From an uncultured virus (IMG/VR IMGVR_UViG_3300001533_001549) (lineage: Duplodnaviria > Heunggongvirae > Uroviricota > Caudoviricetes): 20,000 bases of DNA. The stretch lies in the IMG/VR virus record IMGVR_UViG_3300001533_001549; one strand, written 5' to 3'. Positions 15,230-20,000 of this stretch are shown one piece after another (position 1 is the stretch's first letter; each line of letters starts with the position of its first letter). The position numbers were made by a program, and so were the translations under genes. The notes beneath the pieces are model-generated. The model was not told the DNA's origin and did no database searches. It saw only the letters and a program-made list of their open reading frames with translations.

Positions 15230-16655
15230 AAGACAGACACTTCTCAACACTTGGGCAGCGAGCGCATATGTTTCGTCCATCAATGTCCCTTACTACTCTG
15301 CGCGCGATATTGTGACAACCATCACCGAGATACAGGAAATTGATCCCGAAAATGTCCGGAGTGCCACTAAAGGTGCGGTCTACAATGGCTCTGACGGTGA
15401 CAGATACGTAGTATGGCATAGCAATATCCTTTATATATCAGAAGCGGGCATGCCATATTATTTTACTGCGAATGGAAAGAGAGTGTTTGGTGAAAGAATT
15501 GTCAAAGCGTTGCAATTCAAGAATATCATTCTTGTATTTACGACGCAGCATCTGTACGCGGTTTATCTCATGGACGTCGAACGCCGCATAACAAATGCTG
15601 ACGGGGCCGAAACAATTGTCATAGACCGTTATTGGTCAACACAACGCGTCCTCTACAATATTCTTACGGATGAAAAATACGCCGATGCTATCCAAGTATT
15701 CAATCAAATGGTTCTGTTCTATTCGTCTGATGGACAAATGTTCATGATCAAACCTAACACAATGATTGACAGCGAAACACAGTTCACACTGCAGTACTTT
15801 AACAAATCCGCAAACGACGTCTTAGCTAATTACGATACATACATCAATGAACGTTTGGAAGACTACATGTCTTCAGAAAGCGTCACTAAAGATGACGTGA
15901 CAATAAGTGTGCTGTTGTCTGTGAATTATATTAAAATATTCTATACTGTTCCCGGAGTCATTACATATATTCTTGTATATGATGTTATCAATAATAGATA
16001 CTCTATGTATGATACAATGTCCTTCACGGATGTCACTAATAAGTTTTTTGTCGAAGGCGGAGAAATGTATGTGACCCAACAAGATGACAAGACTTTGTTC
16101 TCATTTGCTTACAGAGAGCCTTTTGAAAAAGATGATATTGTTGATATGACAATACTGCACAATTTCAAAAAGGTCCCGATACACGGATGTATCGACCCCG
16201 GAGTGCTTAATCTGAACAACCATTTGAACAAGCGCTACAGGGACTTGTACATCATGTTCAGGAACTTTAGTGCAAGCAAAATGCTCTACCGTGCTGAAGT
16301 CATATTGGACGGTGTACAAAGCTCTCCATCATACAACAACCAGATTGAAATTCAGGATAACCTCGGTACGCTTTCCTACGCGGTCGCGTCTGATCCCACA
16401 CAGCATGATCTTATTGAATTCTTGGACGGTCGAGAGATCGAGAACATCACAGAATACCTTCCACTTGTCGTGGATGAGTTCCGTGATCAGAACATGCTGT
16501 TTGATTTTGAAGATGCTATAGCGGGCAAACGAATGGTACATAAAGCATATGTCCCCGGAAAAAGCAAAACGTTAAGACTTAAGCTTAACTTTGTTTCAAA
16601 GGGTATGTATAAGCTTGAAGGATTTGGAATCGTGTATAAGGAGAGACGCGTATGA
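15216..16655 (+). CDS. Tail nozzle / DNA-stabilisation-like virion protein, C-terminal part
   Basis: Propeller-like NILYISEAG.PYYF, ILVFTTQHLYAV, ILVYDV; ends NKRYRDL...GKSKTLRLKL...YKLEGFGIVYKER like nozzle C-termini. Confidence 0.6.
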   Translation: MKTNERQTLLNTWAASAYVSSINVPYYSARDIVTTITEIQEIDPENVRSATKGAVYNGSDGDRYVVWHSNILYISEAGMPYYFTANGKRVFGERIVKALQFKNIILVFTTQHLYAVYLMDVERRITNADGAETIVIDRYWSTQRVLYNILTDEKYADAIQVFNQMVLFYSSDGQMFMIKPNTMIDSETQFTLQYFNKSANDVLANYDTYINERLEDYMSSESVTKDDVTISVLLSVNYIKIFYTVPGVITYILVYDVINNRYSMYDTMSFTDVTNKFFVEGGEMYVTQQDDKTLFSFAYREPFEKDDIVDMTILHNFKKVPIHGCIDPGVLNLNNHLNKRYRDLYIMFRNFSASKMLYRAEVILDGVQSSPSYNNQIEIQDNLGTLSYAVASDPTQHDLIEFLDGREIENITEYLPLVVDEFRDQNMLFDFEDAIAGKRMVHKAYVPGKSKTLRLKLNFVSKGMYKLEGFGIVYKERRV

Positions 16656-17050
16656 TCATTCATCTGGCTAAGCAAACAGCGACAGTAAAACCTATGAAGG
16701 TGCCTGAGTCACGTAATGCAGTGTACATCAAGTATGAATTTGAAAGGAATACGGAGCATCTAACACCGATTCTTCGTATAGGGAGATGTGACTATCGCGG
16801 AGATAGATTAGCAATCGATATGTCTGATTTGCCTATACGAGGGTTTATGAATATACATGTACGTCTCGTTGATGCTGAAGGTGCTGTATTGCGGAAGTAT
16901 GAAGGGCGTTTGGAACAACATGATTACATTCTGTTCGGGCAACGACCGGTGCGTGCAGATCTGGAACAACATGTCGTTGCACTTTTGAACAAGATCGAAG
17001 ATCTTAAAGAAGACATTGTTAAAATCACTGACGAAGGGGAGGTGATCTGA
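16652..17050 (+). CDS. Hypothetical protein in the tail module (beta domain plus C-terminal coiled coil)
   Basis: AAGGAG RBS, ATGA coupling. Confidence 0.7.
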   Translation: MIIHLAKQTATVKPMKVPESRNAVYIKYEFERNTEHLTPILRIGRCDYRGDRLAIDMSDLPIRGFMNIHVRLVDAEGAVLRKYEGRLEQHDYILFGQRPVRADLEQHVVALLNKIEDLKEDIVKITDEGEVI

Positions 17051-17051
17051 T

Positions 17052-18032
17052 ATGGCTGACAAATGGCGCGTATTTGGTGATTATGTAATTAACGAAACTA
17101 CAGGAGAACGGGTCAGACTTGATTCTATGGCGGGTGCGTCCGTAGGACCTGTAGATGAAGGGACTGAAAAAACATCCACTTGGCGCGTAAGTGGTGGTTA
17201 TGCGATCAATGACACTACAGGGGAGCGGTTCAGAATCGATTACAGCAGTGTCAAAGGTCTTGCCAGAGGTACTACAGGACAATTGGACGCTGCTATTCTG
17301 CACTATCTTAACACAAATACGATGCCCGATAAATCACAAATCACACCACTTGGGTCAGAGCAAAGATGGCGCAATATCAGCGAAGGTCTCGGTGCGTTCA
17401 TTGATAGCAACGACCTCACGACCGACGTTCTTGACGGTTCTGTCGGAGCTGCGGAATATGAAATTGATCCAAAAACTCTTGCGCAAGATGAATATTGGCG
17501 CGATGTCTATTCTTTGGACAAAGGTACAACCGGCGAACGTACTCTCAGAAATCTGGAAGGTATCTACGAAAACCAGGCACGAGAAGATATGCGTTTGGCC
17601 GAAGTGCAGTACCAGCAACAGGCAATGCAGCAGGCACAGGTGGTCAAACAGATCACAGATCAGATAAGAAGTGAGCGTATGGCCAGGCTTCGCGCAGGTA
17701 TGAGTGAATCACAGATCGCAAACCAGGACATGCAAATGCTGATGGCCAATGTCAACAGCCTGAACCAGCAGAACACTATGATGAATCAGGAGCGGCTTAA
17801 CGCCCAGGCAAACATGAACACGGCAAAAGACCAGGCATATCTGCAGTACCTTGACACTGCACAAGGCATGGGCCAAAATGCTGCAGCAAACTACGCTTCA
17901 TCCAGCAGCAATGCCAACTATGCGACACTGCAACGGTTGCAGCTGATGTATGGTTCTGATCCTACAAAATGGACACAGAAACAAAAAGAAGAAGCAGGGT
18001 TGATCACCCTGGGGATCACAGATAGTGAATAA
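17052..18032 (+). CDS. Putative internal virion / DNA ejection protein
   Basis: GGAGG RBS; Q/N/A/M-rich helical C-terminal half; located after the nozzle as in podoviruses. Confidence 0.55.
   Translation: MADKWRVFGDYVINETTGERVRLDSMAGASVGPVDEGTEKTSTWRVSGGYAINDTTGERFRIDYSSVKGLARGTTGQLDAAILHYLNTNTMPDKSQITPLGSEQRWRNISEGLGAFIDSNDLTTDVLDGSVGAAEYEIDPKTLAQDEYWRDVYSLDKGTTGERTLRNLEGIYENQAREDMRLAEVQYQQQAMQQAQVVKQITDQIRSERMARLRAGMSESQIANQDMQMLMANVNSLNQQNTMMNQERLNAQANMNTAKDQAYLQYLDTAQGMGQNAAANYASSSSNANYATLQRLQLMYGSDPTKWTQKQKEEAGLITLGITDSE
17064..17241 (+). repeat. Intragenic diverged direct repeat (2 x ~61 nt, 117 nt apart)
   Basis: WRVFGDYVINETTGERVRLD at 17064 versus WRVSGGYAINDTTGERFRID at 17181; DNA TGGCGCGTA...ACTACAGG is shared. 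Confidence 0.85.
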
Positions 18033-18047
18033 AAAGGAGGAGACAGC

Positions 18048-18596
18048 ATGGAAAGTTTAGTGATGTTTTTAGAAGAATATTGGGGTTATACACTTTTTGG
18101 TGGTATGACAGTAGGTATGCTGGTCCTCAACATATGGGCATTCCTGAAATCGTCAGGCATTTTGAAGTATACCGGAGGTCTTGTCGATTCCTCGATCAAA
18201 CGTGTAGGCGAATACGGCGACAAGTTCAAAGAAATGTCCGCGCTTGTCGATACAGTCATGGCCGGCTTTCTTCAATCCGAAGCTGAAAAGAAACAGTATG
18301 TTGAAGAGAACCAGTACCTGCAGAAAGTCATCGGAACATACACCAAAGCTTTGACCTATCTAATCATGGCGTCAAAGCTGACACTTGAAGACAAGTACGT
18401 ACTTCAAAAAGAATTCGAGACACTTGAAAGAGGTAAGCCTGCTGTACCTGTGGTTGAAAAGTCGCCGGTCAAAAATTTGGAAGATCTTCCGGAGCCCGCC
18501 AAAGAAACCGCGGTAAAGCCAGCGCCTGAGATCGTTTCAAAAAATGAAGTGAAAACAATCATGGAACGGTACAACACAGGTGAAGGCGGTGTCTGA
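18048..18596 (+). CDS. N-terminally membrane-anchored coiled-coil protein
   Basis: AAGGAGG RBS; TM segment YTLFGGMTVGMLVLNIWAFL; P/E/K-rich tail. Confidence 0.75.
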   Translation: MESLVMFLEEYWGYTLFGGMTVGMLVLNIWAFLKSSGILKYTGGLVDSSIKRVGEYGDKFKEMSALVDTVMAGFLQSEAEKKQYVEENQYLQKVIGTYTKALTYLIMASKLTLEDKYVLQKEFETLERGKPAVPVVEKSPVKNLEDLPEPAKETAVKPAPEIVSKNEVKTIMERYNTGEGGV

Positions 18597-19060
18597 TGAT
18601 GGATGAATCCACGCTGAAGAAGCGCAGGTATCTTTACTATTGGCTTGCTTTCGGAATCAGTTACATTATTCCCTTGGCGTATTTTGCAACAAAATTCGGA
18701 ATCACACAAGATAAGAAATCATTAGGGCTTCCGGTCCTTATGGTGTTCATCATCGCCTTGTTCAAGTTGGCGACAGACTTGCCAAGGCTTGTCAGCACGT
18801 GGGAGCCCAGTTTCAAGAAAGGTCTTGTCAAGGGCGTCCCGAAGTTCATCGCATTCATAGCGTTGATCACTTTTGGTCTCGTGTTCAAGATCGTTCTTGA
18901 ACAACAGATTGATGTCGCGTTCCTATCGTATTTCGAGACAGTGTTTGTATTCTTTGGTTCGCTCAGCGTAGGCGCGATTTTTGACGCGTTTCATCTAAAG
19001 TACACTGAACTCTATCTGATATCCAAAGGCTACGTACTCGGTGTAGTCAATAAGCATTAG
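18596..19060 (+). CDS. Four-TM membrane protein (possible holin/lysis function)
   Basis: Four hydrophobic stretches; TGATG coupling; basic N-terminus. The holin role is inference only. Confidence 0.6.
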   Translation: MMDESTLKKRRYLYYWLAFGISYIIPLAYFATKFGITQDKKSLGLPVLMVFIIALFKLATDLPRLVSTWEPSFKKGLVKGVPKFIAFIALITFGLVFKIVLEQQIDVAFLSYFETVFVFFGSLSVGAIFDAFHLKYTELYLISKGYVLGVVNKH

Positions 19061-19071
19061 GAGGGACCATA

Positions 19072-20000
19072 ATGGTAAAAATCGACAAAAAGCCTGCGCT
19101 TGCCCAGAACGGAATACCTCATCAAAACAAAACCAGTGCGAACAGCCTGTCGTTACGTGAGTGGAATGATATTATCAATGTACTCGCACGTCAGACTAAC
19201 CAAAGTACGGAGTATATGAAGAACCTTCATAAGGTTCTGTTTGGTGACTACGATTACACGACAACAGGTTCACACGAACTCGACGACTCTTTCATGTCAT
19301 CGCTTGTTGAAGATATCACTTATGACGACGATACGTCGATAATCACTGTTGTGTTCAAAGGCGCGGATAAAGAAGATCTAACTATTACGTTAAATGATCT
19401 TATAGTAGTTAAGAACTTTTTGGAAACAGATCTTCCTTTACTGTACGAGAAAGTCGCTGTTGCCGATGCCCACCGTGCGCGCACATCTGCTTTGGAATCG
19501 TTCGCGAATAACACAATACCGGAAACATATGCAACAAAAAGCGAGCAAGTTGCTGGAGATGCATTAAAAATCAATAAGAATTTAGCAAGTTATCCGACAG
19601 CAACATTGGCAGGAACACAAGTCACATATGTTCAAGATGGTGCAAGTTATAAAAAAGCAACATTGTCCGCTATGAAAACGTATATGCTTGAAGGGGTTCT
19701 TTCGGGTAGAACAACCGTTGAAAAGGCAGAACAAGACGCAAGCGGTAACGTGATTACGACAACGTATGAGACGAAAGCGGACGCAACTTTGCACAAGGAC
19801 GACACTACCAATCCGCATGAAGTCACGAAGACACAAGTTGGTCTTTCGGATGTCACCAATGACGCACAGGTCAAGAAGAGGGCAAGTTCCACAAGTGGCA
19901 ACGTTCCGACATGGAATGGTACGACAGGTGACGCACTCAATGACGGTTACGGTGTTGAAGCGACAATCACAGGCGGTGCAGGCAACCTTGCAAGAGCGGA
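19072..20000 (+). CDS. Tail fibre protein, 3'-truncated
   Basis: AGGAGG RBS, ATG 19072, frame open to the window end. Contains KAEQDASGNVITTTYETK, NPHEVTKTQVGLSDVTNDAQVK and STSGNVPTWNGTTG, repeats common in phage fibres. Confidence 0.8.
   Translation, partial: MVKIDKKPALAQNGIPHQNKTSANSLSLREWNDIINVLARQTNQSTEYMKNLHKVLFGDYDYTTTGSHELDDSFMSSLVEDITYDDDTSIITVVFKGADKEDLTITLNDLIVVKNFLETDLPLLYEKVAVADAHRARTSALESFANNTIPETYATKSEQVAGDALKINKNLASYPTATLAGTQVTYVQDGASYKKATLSAMKTYMLEGVLSGRTTVEKAEQDASGNVITTTYETKADATLHKDDTTNPHEVTKTQVGLSDVTNDAQVKKRASSTSGNVPTWNGTTGDALNDGYGVEATITGGAGNLARA

Noticed and set aside
1..20000. CRISPR array, tRNA, integrase/att site, IS element or intron/intein
   Set aside because: No regularly spaced repeats, cloverleafs, recombinase/transposase motifs or splicing signatures found by eye.

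Overview
This is a 20-kb segment of a tailed dsDNA phage (Caudoviricetes, podovirus-like head/tail gene set). Every credible gene is on the + strand and tightly packed, with Firmicutes/Mollicutes-type AAGGAGG ribosome-binding sites, and standard code 11 is sufficient. Gene order: small hypothetical genes, a lipoprotein and a VRR-NUC nuclease; a large terminase with an N-terminal Zn-ribbon and atypical motifs; an overlapping membrane-protein gene; the portal; then a ~3.6-kb accessory block with its own sigma70/sigA-type promoter (Tad2/DUF2829 anti-defence sponge, NERD nuclease, small membrane proteins, a candidate ~120-nt structured RNA, an HTH protein). Next come a scaffold-like protein with no major capsid gene behind it, a head-tail adaptor-like protein fused to InlB-B-repeat and BspA-type LRR domains, a tail nozzle/stabilisation-like gene split into two frames, a putative ejection protein, two membrane proteins, and the start of a tail fibre that runs off the window. 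All calls come from motif recognition by eye; no database searches were run.
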